Origin: a virus
Virus record (IMG/VR): IMGVR_UViG_3300035698_010295
Location: 13,668-77,667 of that record
Length of the DNA stretch: 64,000 nt
Reading direction: 5' to 3' (one strand)
The translations under genes and the position numbers were made by a program. Of the stretch, positions 27,148 through 37,070 are shown in pieces. The first letter of the stretch is position 1. Each line of letters starts with the position of its first letter. Under the pieces are notes generated by a model. The model was not told where the DNA came from. It made no database searches and saw only the letters and a program-made list of their open reading frames with translations.

Positions 27148-29683
27148 TGGAGAACGTGTTGAAGGTGACTATAAAGGTAAACAATGGCATGGTTGGACTA
27201 ATGGTTTAGAAACATGGAAATCTTTTAGAATACCTTGGAATGCAAATAAAGAACCAACATATAAAGATTCAGATATTAAATTTAACTTCGGTAAGCATGT
27301 AGAAGGTATTGGTATGACTGGGTGGGATTGGGAGAATTGTAGTTCTAAATGGGTAGCTTTTGATTTTGATAGTTTAATTAATCATGCTTCAGGTCTTACT
27401 GTTCAAGAATTAAATGATCTTATTGAAAAAGCTGAACAAATAGACTGGGTAACACTTAGAAAATCAACATCTGGTACAGGTGTGCATTTATATGTATTTT
27501 TAGATTCTATAGAAACTAAAACACATAGTGAACATGCAGCACTTGCAAGAGCTATACTTGGTCAATTATCAGCTATGACTGGTTATGATTTTCAAAGTAA
27601 AGTAGATGCTTGTGGTGGTAATATGTGGGTCTGGCATCGTAAGATGAAAGATGATGGATTAAATCTTATTAAAGCAGGAAGTATTTTACGTGACCCCCCA
27701 GTTAATTGGCCAGATCACCTTAAAGTTATAAAGGGTATTAGAAAAAAGAATCTACCACAATTTATTAAAGAGCCAGATCTCTTTGAAGAGCTTACAGGCC
27801 AACGTGCTACCACACCATTAGATGCTGGTCACAAGCAACTTATAGATTATCTTAAAGAAAATAATGCTCTTTGGTGGTGGGATAATGATCACCACATGCT
27901 GGTTACACATACTGTATGGTTACACAAAGCATATGAAAATCTTAATTTTTCTGGTATATATAAAACTAAAAGTTCTGGTAGTAATTTAAATGAACAAAAT
28001 TGTTTTTGTTTTCCTTTAAAACACGGGGCATGGGTTATCAGACGTTTTACCCGTGGTGTTCAGGAAGAAGATTCATGGGATCAAGATGAAAATGGTTGGA
28101 CACGTTGTTTCTATAATAAACAACCTGATCTTACCATAGCATCTAGAACATTTTCAGGTATAGAACATGAAAAAGGGGGTTTTATTTTTGCACAAGCTGA
28201 GATGGCTATGAAAGCAGCATCTATATTAGGAACACATGTTAATATACCTAACTGGGCTTCACAACGTAAAACTAAATTAAAACGCCATAAGGATAGCAGA
28301 TTAATTATAGAAATCATAAAAGAAGAAACTGATAGAGCAGATGATATGCAAGGTTGGTTAGCAGAAAAAAATGTATGGAAAAGAATATTTAACACACAAG
28401 TACAAGATATAGCAGAACCGGAGGTAGCACAATATGACGATTTCATCCGACACTTGGTCACTGAAACTGGTAATGATTATGGTTGGGCAATTAAAACTGA
28501 CACTGTCTGGAGAACTGAGCCTCTGCCACACATTAGATTATCACTTAAATCAATGGGATACGCCGCAAAGGATGCCGACGCCATCCTTGGAAATTCAGTC
28601 CTTAAATGCTGGACTCTTGTTCAACGGCCATTTCAACCTGAATATCCGGGAAATAGGGGATGGAATCGCAATGCAGCTCAACTTAAATTTTTGCCAGGAG
28701 ATAATCTGGACATACTTAAATACCCCAGCTGGAGTAGAATACTGCAACATTGCGGCGAAGGACTCAATGAATCTATTAAAACAAATGATTGGTGCCGATC
28801 AAACGGGATTGTGTGTGGAGCGGATTACCTCAAATGTTGGATTGCCTCAATCTTCCAGGAACCCTTGGAACCATTGCCGTATCTATTTTTTCACGGGCCG
28901 CAAAATTCAGGTAAGTCGAGCTTTCATGAGGCGATTAGTCTCTTGTTAACACGTGGCTACATAAGAGCAGATCACGCAGTAGAAAATCCATCAGGCTTTA
29001 ATGGAGAACTTGAAAATGCAATTGTTTGTATCATTGAAGAAACTAATTTGTCAAAATCTAGAACGGCTTATAATAGGATTAAAGACTGGGTTACGAGCCG
29101 TCATCTTAATATTCGTAAGTTATATCATAGTCCTTATCACATTCCTAATTCTACTCACTGGATTCAGTGTGCTAATGATCCTTCTTATTGCCCTATTTTT
29201 AGTGGCGATACTCGTATTACCATGTGTTATGTTGATCTTATTGATAATATAATCCCGAAAAAAGTATTAATACCTTCACTTGAAAAAGAAGCACCAGATT
29301 TTATAGCTTCACTTTTACATCTAGAATTACCAAAGAGTCTTGACCGATTAAATTTACCAGTAATAGAAACCAGTGATAAAGAAACTATACAAACTAGAAA
29401 TGAATCTCCACTAGAAACTTTTATTAGAGAAAATGTATTTAAAGTTGATGGTGAGGTGATTACCGTTAAAGATTTTTACTCTACATTTGTAGCATGGTTA
29501 GATCAAGATGAAGCTCTCAATTGGAGTAAAATAAGAATGGGTAAAGAAATGCCAGCCATATTCCCCAAGGGTCGGCGTAAGGATGATTCTTTTTGGTGTT
29601 ATGGAAATATTTCTTTTGTTATAAAAGATTCAGATAAATCAAAACTCATAGTTAAAAATGGAAAATTAATTCATACGACATGA
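27038..29683 (+). CDS. primase-helicase (AEP/prim-pol-like N-terminus plus P-loop helicase)
   Basis: AFDFD, STSGTGVHLY, Walker A GPQNSGKS, IIEE, CAN, GDTR. Confidence 0.8.
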   Translation: MLKTVSIKSFLTVNTHQDLANLYATNMECQVNVAQDDGERVEGDYKGKQWHGWTNGLETWKSFRIPWNANKEPTYKDSDIKFNFGKHVEGIGMTGWDWENCSSKWVAFDFDSLINHASGLTVQELNDLIEKAEQIDWVTLRKSTSGTGVHLYVFLDSIETKTHSEHAALARAILGQLSAMTGYDFQSKVDACGGNMWVWHRKMKDDGLNLIKAGSILRDPPVNWPDHLKVIKGIRKKNLPQFIKEPDLFEELTGQRATTPLDAGHKQLIDYLKENNALWWWDNDHHMLVTHTVWLHKAYENLNFSGIYKTKSSGSNLNEQNCFCFPLKHGAWVIRRFTRGVQEEDSWDQDENGWTRCFYNKQPDLTIASRTFSGIEHEKGGFIFAQAEMAMKAASILGTHVNIPNWASQRKTKLKRHKDSRLIIEIIKEETDRADDMQGWLAEKNVWKRIFNTQVQDIAEPEVAQYDDFIRHLVTETGNDYGWAIKTDTVWRTEPLPHIRLSLKSMGYAAKDADAILGNSVLKCWTLVQRPFQPEYPGNRGWNRNAAQLKFLPGDNLDILKYPSWSRILQHCGEGLNESIKTNDWCRSNGIVCGADYLKCWIASIFQEPLEPLPYLFFHGPQNSGKSSFHEAISLLLTRGYIRADHAVENPSGFNGELENAIVCIIEETNLSKSRTAYNRIKDWVTSRHLNIRKLYHSPYHIPNSTHWIQCANDPSYCPIFSGDTRITMCYVDLIDNIIPKKVLIPSLEKEAPDFIASLLHLELPKSLDRLNLPVIETSDKETIQTRNESPLETFIRENVFKVDGEVITVKDFYSTFVAWLDQDEALNWSKIRMGKEMPAIFPKGRRKDDSFWCYGNISFVIKDSDKSKLIVKNGKLIHTT

Positions 29684-29889
29684 AAGGATTCAAAATGACA
29701 TTACCGAATGAAGAAAAAGCGGCATTACTTAGAACTAAAATATTTCTTAGGTCACTACTTGACCCAAAGAAAACACCTAGAGTACCGAAAGATATTAGGG
29801 ATCAAGCTTGTCATTGTTTGAGACATTTTCCTTTTATGTGTGTAATAAATCAATTGTGGAAGACAAGAATTAAAGAAGATAAAATATGA
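29680..29889 (+). CDS. small conserved phage protein
   Basis: PKKTPRVPK...LRHFP; coupled to both neighbours. Confidence 0.6.
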   Translation: MKGFKMTLPNEEKAALLRTKIFLRSLLDPKKTPRVPKDIRDQACHCLRHFPFMCVINQLWKTRIKEDKI

Positions 29890-30761
29890 CTGATTTGTTA
29901 AAATTGTTTAATGAACTTGATGATTTAAGTCACCAAAAAATAAAGCGTGATGAAACAGTTAGAGCACCATTTTCTTGGGCAGGCGGTAAAACTAAAAGTT
30001 TAAAATATTTATTATCTTATTTACCATATAGAACGGGTTACATTGAACCCTTTGGAGGTTCAGGAGCTGTACTTCTAGCTAGGCAGCCCAGTAATTTTGA
30101 AGTCTTTAATGATCGTCATGCTGGGATTGTGGCGTTTTACAGGTGTGTACATGATGATGATTTATGTAACAAATTAATAAAAAGATTATCAACAATAATA
30201 TATTCCAGAGAAGAATGGGTCTGGTGTGCAAGGACCTGGAATAATTGTACTGATGATGTTGAGCGTGCTGCAAGATGGTGGTATATGCTTATTAGTTCAT
30301 TTGGATCTCTTGGTCGTAATTTTGGACGGGCGATTAAAGAAAATACACAAATGGCATTTAAAATGGCTAACCATGTACTTGATTTTACTAAAATACACAA
30401 CCGTTTGAAAAATGTGTTAATTGAAAATCAAGACTTTAAACCTATGCTAAAAGATTTTGACAATGATGATGTAGTGTATTATTTAGATCCACCTTATTTA
30501 GATGTGCACAAAGGTACTTTCACACATGAAATGACCGAAAACGATCACGTATTAATGTTAAATATGATTTTTAATATGAAAGCTTTTGTCGCAGTTTCTG
30601 GTTACACTAATGAATTATATGATAGTTATAAATGGGACCATAAATATGAGTGGAATACACCATGCTCTATTAAAGCTATGGCATTTAGAAAAGAAAATTT
30701 TAAAGAAGATGCAACCACAAACCGAGAGAGTGTTACAGAGGTACTCTGGATAAAGGAATAA
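29886..30761 (+). CDS. D12-class (Dam-like) DNA adenine methyltransferase
   Basis: WAGGK, EPFGGSG, VFND, YLDPPY. Confidence 0.9.
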   Translation: MTDLLKLFNELDDLSHQKIKRDETVRAPFSWAGGKTKSLKYLLSYLPYRTGYIEPFGGSGAVLLARQPSNFEVFNDRHAGIVAFYRCVHDDDLCNKLIKRLSTIIYSREEWVWCARTWNNCTDDVERAARWWYMLISSFGSLGRNFGRAIKENTQMAFKMANHVLDFTKIHNRLKNVLIENQDFKPMLKDFDNDDVVYYLDPPYLDVHKGTFTHEMTENDHVLMLNMIFNMKAFVAVSGYTNELYDSYKWDHKYEWNTPCSIKAMAFRKENFKEDATTNRESVTEVLWIKE

Positions 30762-30762
30762 A

Positions 30763-31371
30763 ATGACAGATATGATCCACCTTAACGGTAATAAGCTTTG
30801 TGCAGTAGATTGTAAAACTACTGGACCTGATCCAACAAATCATGAGATCATAGAAATAGCAATTATAGTTCTAGATTCTTTTGTGCAGCCTACAGGAGAA
30901 ATTTTTCATATTTATAAAATACCAGAATACCCACATAACATGGATGAAAAGACAATTAAAAAATTACACCTTAAGAAAGTAGATATAATGACAAGGGGCA
31001 TTGATAATTATAGGGCTATTGATGCTTTTGAAAATTGGTTTAACTCACTTAATTTAAGACCAATGAAAAGAATAGCCCCGATAGGACATAGTTTTAATTT
31101 TGATCGAGATTTTTTAAGGGCTTGGTTAGGTCTTAATGCTTATGATACTTTTTTTGATCCCTATATTAGAGACACAGCAGTGTTAGCAACCTTTATGAAT
31201 GATCGGGCTGATTTTCGTTGTGATCAATATCCATATCCAAAACAGACTCTTCAGTATCTATGCAATCAGGTTCAGGTTGAAAACCCCTCGAGATATACTG
31301 CTCTCGGTGATGCTGTTTCAACCGCTGAAGTGTATCGGCAATTTTTGATCTCTGGTCCACTGACTCTATAG
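30763..31371 (+). CDS. DEDD-family 3'-5' exonuclease-like protein (degenerate)
   Basis: VDCKTTG, HEIIEIA, GHSFNFD, RDT, ALGDA. Confidence 0.75.
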   Translation: MTDMIHLNGNKLCAVDCKTTGPDPTNHEIIEIAIIVLDSFVQPTGEIFHIYKIPEYPHNMDEKTIKKLHLKKVDIMTRGIDNYRAIDAFENWFNSLNLRPMKRIAPIGHSFNFDRDFLRAWLGLNAYDTFFDPYIRDTAVLATFMNDRADFRCDQYPYPKQTLQYLCNQVQVENPSRYTALGDAVSTAEVYRQFLISGPLTL

Positions 31372-32068
31372 GTACATGTTCAAAAGGCATACTAAGATGA
31401 CCAGTTATTAATGGTCCGTGAGCTTTAAATCTTTCTAAAGCACCACCGGCTTTAGAACTACGACCGATGACTTTGGCATACTCACAATCACCACCAAAAG
31501 CACCTTCAAAACCTGTAAATATTACAGGTTGACAACCCATAGCTTTGGCTGATAAAGCAGCTATTAAACCACTGGGTGCTAAACGTGGTACAAATAAACC
31601 AGCTTCAATTTGTGTTATAATTATAGTGTTGTTATCACTTTCTGTGTAAAATTGGGCACAGGCATCTGTACAAATGATGTCTGTGCCTTTTTCTTTGTAT
31701 AAATCTTTTAAGGTATAATCACACTGACAACCATATAATTGATTAGGTAAATTCATAGATTGCATCTTAAATAAAGCTTCATTACAAGCAAAAATAATAA
31801 TATCTTCTGGAATCATTTTTGATGTTAAAAAATCTAATGAAGGCCCTTTACCAACAATAAGTGCGGGTCTGTTTTGGTATTTATTTGCGTGAAAATTTAA
31901 TAATGTGGCGTTACCCAATAAAAACCACACAGGTTTCCATGGATTTTTACGTGCGACTAGTGGATTATTATCCATCCAAGCTATTTCAGCAGGCATGTCA
32001 TCACGCGGGCAAAAGAATATTTTACCATTTTTTAAAACACGGATTTGATGAGGCATATTTTCTAACAT
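31193..32068 (-). CDS. MAF_flag10/MptE-like Rossmannoid transferase
   Basis: ALIVGKGPSL, FACNEA, AMGC..VIFTGFE. Confidence 0.6.
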   Translation of the reverse strand: MLENMPHQIRVLKNGKIFFCPRDDMPAEIAWMDNNPLVARKNPWKPVWFLLGNATLLNFHANKYQNRPALIVGKGPSLDFLTSKMIPEDIIIFACNEALFKMQSMNLPNQLYGCQCDYTLKDLYKEKGTDIICTDACAQFYTESDNNTIIITQIEAGLFVPRLAPSGLIAALSAKAMGCQPVIFTGFEGAFGGDCEYAKVIGRSSKAGGALERFKAHGPLITGHLSMPFEHVPIESVDQRSKIADTLQRLKQHHREQYISRGFQPEPDCIDTEESVLDMDIDHNENQPDHS

Positions 32069-32811
32069 TTTATTTCCTTACCATCAGGCATAATTGTACA
32101 ATTATCTTCTATTAAAACTGGGTAAACAGTATAACTTTTAGTACCTACAAAAGCCACCCAGAAACCATGTACCCACTCAGTGGGTTTACCATCATGCATA
32201 TACATAGGTTGTTGCTTACAAAGGCAACCTACACTCATAGCAAATATTGATTTACTTGTCCAGGGATCTCTACCATAGGATGTTTGCATCCGATGGGTGT
32301 GATTAAATATAATAGATTTTGATTTGGTTAAATCAAGATGTCTGGCTGATGCGTGTTTACAGTATGACCAGCCATGCACACAATACAAATTACGATGCAA
32401 CTTAACATAACCTTTTGTGATATAGTGAAAATTCTTTCTGTCAGCAGATAAATTTCTTTTTAAAGAAACTATATTATGGATTGACTGACCAGCTGATCCT
32501 AATCTAGAACACCATCTTTCTATCCAGTTATCATGATTACCAGGAAGGAAAAATGTTTCTTTAGTATTAAGCTGGATACAGTTTATAAAGTCATTGGCCG
32601 GTTCAATTTCATCAAGTTGCCAGTCGTTAGTGATTGACTCAGTTATAGTTGATATAGGCCAACGTGTAAATGGTGTACAATTTATAAGATCATTGCCTAT
32701 AATTGTACAATCAGGTTGAAAATATTTATGGGCTTTTAATGCTATTTCAACAGCATTTTTATCCTGATCAGGTATGTGCATGTCTGGAAAACCAAACCAT
32801 TTTTTAGTCAT
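32062..32811 (-). CDS. calcineurin-like metallophosphoesterase
   Basis: DMH, GND, GNHD, HG, HTHR, GCLC. Confidence 0.85.
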   Translation of the reverse strand: MTKKWFGFPDMHIPDQDKNAVEIALKAHKYFQPDCTIIGNDLINCTPFTRWPISTITESITNDWQLDEIEPANDFINCIQLNTKETFFLPGNHDNWIERWCSRLGSAGQSIHNIVSLKRNLSADRKNFHYITKGYVKLHRNLYCVHGWSYCKHASARHLDLTKSKSIIFNHTHRMQTSYGRDPWTSKSIFAMSVGCLCKQQPMYMHDGKPTEWVHGFWVAFVGTKSYTVYPVLIEDNCTIMPDGKEIKC

Positions 32812-33020
32812 TAAGGCTCACATTCACTTAGCTTGTAATCTATTGCAGCTAAATCCTCTCTTGGTATGCAAACATAATTGGTACAGGGATCTTCATACCA
32901 ATCCCCAGACCTATTTTGTTTTACGCATGATCCTATCCCGTAAAGTGCCAACAGAATCACGCTTAGTTTTATCAGATTCTTTTTGAGCATAATTCCGTTC
33001 CTTTTTACTAAAATAATCAA
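32811..33020 (-). CDS. small membrane protein or lipoprotein (spanin-like candidate)
   Basis: Hydrophobic signal ending GIGSC. Confidence 0.4.
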   Translation of the reverse strand: MIILVKRNGIMLKKNLIKLSVILLALYGIGSCVKQNRSGDWYEDPCTNYVCIPREDLAAIDYKLSECEP

Positions 33021-33235
33021 TTAGTATTTTTAGGAGTTTCAGTAGTAATTTTAGCATCTTTAATACCTTCCATAATTATGTAGATACTAGGTACTGCTAA
33101 AAGCATAATCTCTGTAGTTGTATTAACTATTTTTTGTGTTTCATCTTCACTTCCTGGTTTAAGAATGCCAATAGCAGCAACAACCAGAGCACCTAAAGCC
33201 ACAAGAAATTTACGTGAGAAAAATTTACCAATCAC
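33017..33235 (-). CDS. putative holin
   Basis: SRKFLVAL start, two TM segments, 72 aa. Confidence 0.55.
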   Translation of the reverse strand: MIGKFFSRKFLVALGALVVAAIGILKPGSEDETQKIVNTTTEIMLLAVPSIYIIMEGIKDAKITTETPKNTN

Positions 33236-33236
33236 A

Positions 33237-33584
33237 TTATATTCCTATCAGTATTAAAACTACTTGTATCAGAGCACGAAGCACCGCACTTTGTGCTGCA
33301 TTCACAACTTTAAGAAATTCTACATTTTCTGCATTTAGCTTTTTCCATTTAGCTAAATTAGTTTCCCATTCAGTTGCAAATTCACTATTGGTTAATCTAT
33401 TAACTATTGTTTTATATGCTAATTCTGTATTGCCTTGTGTTATAAGTTCTAACCATTGCCATAATTCATCATAAGTCATTGCTAAGAGTGAAGGTCCATA
33501 TGTTGTGACCACACCTTGCAAGGGTTCTGGAATTTGTTCCAGAAGCTTTTCAATTGTTACACCTTGTTCTTTAAGAGTTGCCAT
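33237..33584 (-). CDS. hypothetical protein
   Basis: 115 aa, hydrophobic C-terminus. Confidence 0.55.
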   Translation of the reverse strand: MATLKEQGVTIEKLLEQIPEPLQGVVTTYGPSLLAMTYDELWQWLELITQGNTELAYKTIVNRLTNSEFATEWETNLAKWKKLNAENVEFLKVVNAAQSAVLRALIQVVLILIGI

Positions 33585-33847
33585 TATTCACTTCTCCCAT
33601 CACGAGCATCCTGAAAAGCTTTCCAAGTTTCGGCTTGAATTTCGGAGATTTGTACAACAGTGCTCCAATCACAAGGGTCATTCATTTTAAGGCAATTGAT
33701 GCCTTCACATGTTGGATTGACTCGATCAGCAAATATTCTGCTTAATGTAGCAGTGTCATCTAGCCTTTTGGAATATTGTGAACTCATCCAGACTTTACAA
33801 CCTGCTAGTGTTAACACTAATACTAGTAATAACATTATCTTTTTCAT
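33584..33847 (-). CDS. lipoprotein
   Basis: MKK-hydrophobic-LAGC lipobox. Confidence 0.7.
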   Translation of the reverse strand: MKKIMLLLVLVLTLAGCKVWMSSQYSKRLDDTATLSRIFADRVNPTCEGINCLKMNDPCDWSTVVQISEIQAETWKAFQDARDGRSE

Positions 33848-34848
33848 TGTTCTTTCCTTGCGTAAATGTTGGGTATGCCTAAGTACTGCATCATAGCTAA
33901 TCTGTGATAACCATCTTTGAGATCTAACATATCTTTGTTGTTTACAACAAAACTACGTTGTGTTATAGGTAATTTCTGACCATTATCTCTAATATCTACT
34001 ATAAATTTTTTCCAATTTACTGGTCTTTTAATAGCACTAGGACCTCGTTTAACATGATCTATCATTCCTGGTGTCATTAATGCTTTATATAGTTCTTCAT
34101 CCTGAACATCATCAACTCTACCAGCTAAAACACGTTCACAAAATAATTTGAAATAATTGTTAAATTCCTTATCATGATGATCAGAAAGATTGACCATAAT
34201 ATTAAATTCTTTAGCCGTTGATAAAGAGTATAAATTTTTATTTTTAAACAAATAGGATGTTAAATTTCTAACACCTTTGCCTTTAAACTTTGTTTTGATA
34301 CAATCTACAAGATTCCAGTCTTTAAATTTTTGTGTAACGCCATTATAACTATCTTTATGTTCATCAGAAACTATAATAATATAAATAGCTTTTTGTTTAA
34401 GTTTATTTAAGTAAATAGCCAAAATAGGATTTGGAATACAATAGTGTAAGTTACTCATAACTAGAACATCAACCATAGGTTCATCATCAGTGTCGAAGCT
34501 ACCATCTAAAACATCACGTCTGATGGTTAAATTAGCTTCTGTGTAATAAGCTTTAGTGAAAGATAATTGTTTAAAAAAGCCTTCTTGCTCTTCAATACCA
34601 TAGAGATGTTGAAAACCCATTTTATGGGCTTCAATGAGGTATTGACCAGCGTTGCAACCCATCTCATAAAATTTAAATCTCTCTGGAACTTTGTTTAGCA
34701 AAGGCTTAATATAGTAATTAAATTTACCAAGCCCATAAGAATCAGGATGCTGTTGACCATCATATTTACAAGGTACTTGATAATCACCGTAAATCATTGG
34801 CTGATACCACCAACCACCTATAGCTTTAATTTCATTTCTAACATCCAT
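33844..34848 (-). CDS. SAM-dependent methyltransferase fused to a C-terminal ParB-N/Srx-like domain
   Basis: WWYQ, EMGCNAG, GIE; C-terminal DIRDNGQKLPI...DGYHRL. Confidence 0.7.
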   Translation of the reverse strand: MDVRNEIKAIGGWWYQPMIYGDYQVPCKYDGQQHPDSYGLGKFNYYIKPLLNKVPERFKFYEMGCNAGQYLIEAHKMGFQHLYGIEEQEGFFKQLSFTKAYYTEANLTIRRDVLDGSFDTDDEPMVDVLVMSNLHYCIPNPILAIYLNKLKQKAIYIIIVSDEHKDSYNGVTQKFKDWNLVDCIKTKFKGKGVRNLTSYLFKNKNLYSLSTAKEFNIMVNLSDHHDKEFNNYFKLFCERVLAGRVDDVQDEELYKALMTPGMIDHVKRGPSAIKRPVNWKKFIVDIRDNGQKLPITQRSFVVNNKDMLDLKDGYHRLAMMQYLGIPNIYARKEQ

Positions 34849-35315
34849 TATTTTCTCACAATAAATACATCATTTAATTTTGGTGTTGTTGTGTGCTCTT
34901 TAACACTTTTAAATTTTGCTAGTATAGACTTAAATAATTTTGGATCTAAACCCCAAGGCTTTTTAAATTCATAACAATGGCGATCATCAATAACTATTAA
35001 ATCATCATATTTCCTAGTTAAAAGAAATTCTAGCTCTTGAACTATGGGTGTTGTTGCATATGCATGAGCATCAAGGAATATAAAACAAGGATAATTTGGA
35101 ATTATTTGAGGTAAAACAATGGCACTATCACCATGATAAATTATTACTTTAGGTTGATCTTCAAATCGATCATTAATTGTATATTTTTCTATAGAAATAA
35201 TTCTATCAAAACCACAATCCAAAGCAGTTTGAACACCGTCGCCTTTATCATAGCCTGTTTCAATATAGATGTTACTTTCCTTCAATGAAGTTAAATATTC
35301 TACACTTAATGGCAT
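34848..35315 (-). CDS. class I methyltransferase-like protein
   Basis: YIETG, SIE, HGDS, FLDAH, VIDD. Confidence 0.65.
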   Translation of the reverse strand: MPLSVEYLTSLKESNIYIETGYDKGDGVQTALDCGFDRIISIEKYTINDRFEDQPKVIIYHGDSAIVLPQIIPNYPCFIFLDAHAYATTPIVQELEFLLTRKYDDLIVIDDRHCYEFKKPWGLDPKLFKSILAKFKSVKEHTTTPKLNDVFIVRK

Positions 35316-36181
35316 TCAAATAATCCTTTCAATTGTTGTAGTCTGTGTTTTATAAGATGCCTTGATCTTATTAGTTCACGACCTGCTTTGCGTATATTCA
35401 TATAAGATTCTGGGTCTTTTAAGTATTTTAAACATATTGATTCAAAATTATTCATACTAAAAAGAACACAATTTGATTTGTCAAATCCTAATAATTCAGT
35501 ATCCTGGTACTCTTGAGCAAATAACAAACAACCTAAAGCTGGTGTTTCAAAATATTTTGGTGTTGTGTATGGATTTTGTATAGAATATGCTGCTATTGAA
35601 GCATCAAAGCTTTTAACAAGATTGTAGTAATCTTCTTCTGAATGGTGGGTTTTTGTATTGCGAACATGTGGGACTCTTTTTACGAATGGATATTTTGAAC
35701 ATGCTATTCTATCACAATACACTTTACTACCAGTAGTACCAAATAAAGATATGTAATCTTGATTGTGAAACACAATAGCATCTTTAAGCATGTGCTCAGG
35801 TATGGCAAAAGGAAAATGTATTAATCTGCTTGCAAACTCAGGAAAGTGTTTGATGGTTGGGTGGTAATAGTCAGCTAAAATATAATCCAAATTTTTAGCA
35901 TAAGTTGGATAAGTCGCTTGTTCTACTCTGCCATGTGGATCTCCAACTCTAAAATATGTAACTTGTTTTCCGGTATATTTTATCCTAGGTCCACCGTAAG
36001 AGTTAATAAAAATATGTGTAAGTTGATCTTTGTGTCGATCATAATCTCTCTGTGTAAATAACAATACAGGATTAAATTCTTCTATAAATTTAGTATAAAA
36101 ATATTTAAACAGATTACAGCACCAAATATCTCCCATATAATAATCTTTTTTTATTGCTAACCCAATCATTTTGTACCTCAA
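35306..36181 (-). CDS. CgeB-like (GT-B) glycosyltransferase
   Basis: KYFETPALGCLL, IRKAGRELIRSRH. Confidence 0.7.
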   Translation of the reverse strand: MRYKMIGLAIKKDYYMGDIWCCNLFKYFYTKFIEEFNPVLLFTQRDYDRHKDQLTHIFINSYGGPRIKYTGKQVTYFRVGDPHGRVEQATYPTYAKNLDYILADYYHPTIKHFPEFASRLIHFPFAIPEHMLKDAIVFHNQDYISLFGTTGSKVYCDRIACSKYPFVKRVPHVRNTKTHHSEEDYYNLVKSFDASIAAYSIQNPYTTPKYFETPALGCLLFAQEYQDTELLGFDKSNCVLFSMNNFESICLKYLKDPESYMNIRKAGRELIRSRHLIKHRLQQLKGLFECH

Positions 36182-36783
36182 AAATAATTAATAGTTTTAG
36201 AGTTTTCAAAATTCATTAATTCTTTTAGAATTATAGTTTCAGGTACACTGAATGACCAACTCCAAGCTTGATGCTTTTGATAAATTGCTTTTGTTCGATT
36301 CAAAAAATCCTTATCAAGCTGATAAGTTCTACCAGTTGCTTCTTTAATATATCTTGGCTTATAACTATAATGACAATTAGAATTAAAAGCATCACCATAA
36401 ATAACATTAGTGCAGAGTTCAGCCACAATTCTAAATGTTAAAATATGATCACCGTGACCATATTCACCATTAGGATTGTGTGTAAAATAATAATCATACC
36501 CCTTGGGTATGTTGCTTTTAATAAAATTAACAGCGTGCATTAAGGTGTGTTCTGTAAAACGTGTGGGTCGTCTATAAAATTCACTTTCTAGACAAAGACA
36601 ATTCAATAATCTTATACCCTCAGAATCGCACACCTCTTCAAGGGCTTTTAAAGCTCGATCTTTTCTACTAGTATGATTATCACTAACAATAAGTAGATGA
36701 CGTTCTATGCTTTTATCTTGCATAATTGGCCAGCCCCAAATAATCTCGTCATCAGGATGTGCAAATATGCTTAGTATTTTCAT
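36178..36783 (-). CDS. PIG-L/LmbE-family N-deacetylase
   Basis: AHPDDE, THNPNGEYGHGDH. Confidence 0.85.
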   Translation of the reverse strand: MKILSIFAHPDDEIIWGWPIMQDKSIERHLLIVSDNHTSRKDRALKALEEVCDSEGIRLLNCLCLESEFYRRPTRFTEHTLMHAVNFIKSNIPKGYDYYFTHNPNGEYGHGDHILTFRIVAELCTNVIYGDAFNSNCHYSYKPRYIKEATGRTYQLDKDFLNRTKAIYQKHQAWSWSFSVPETIILKELMNFENSKTINYF

Positions 36784-36832
36784 TTTTCAAATACACCTAA
36801 AAAATAGAAACTAAATCGTTTTTTCATAATAT
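36757..36832. repeat. 76-bp direct repeat, copy 1
   Basis: Identical to 38964-39039. Confidence 0.9.
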
Positions 36833-37070
36833 TTTCCAGTAAAAAAATTTCATTATCTTTTTTGTAGTGTTCACTATAATCTATTGTATCTACATGATAA
36901 ACTTTGTCATAAGTGAAATAATCCATATATCGTGGACCTTTACTATGTACAAATTCACCATCAATTATACAATCACCATCTTCACAACAACCAAGATTAG
37001 CTACCATTGGATAGTGTTTATCTTTAAATAATTCCTTTAACCAAGCATTATATTTTATTCTTAGATTCAT
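36780..37070 (-). pseudogene. truncated/chimeric methyltransferase
   Basis: N-terminus resembles 40302..40862 (HYPMVANLGC vs HFPVVANIGC); last 16 aa identical to the end of 38987..39559. Confidence 0.6.

Noticed and set aside
32811-33847. Complete lysis cassette
   Set aside because: Holin-like and lipoprotein genes are present, but no endolysin is recognisable in this window.
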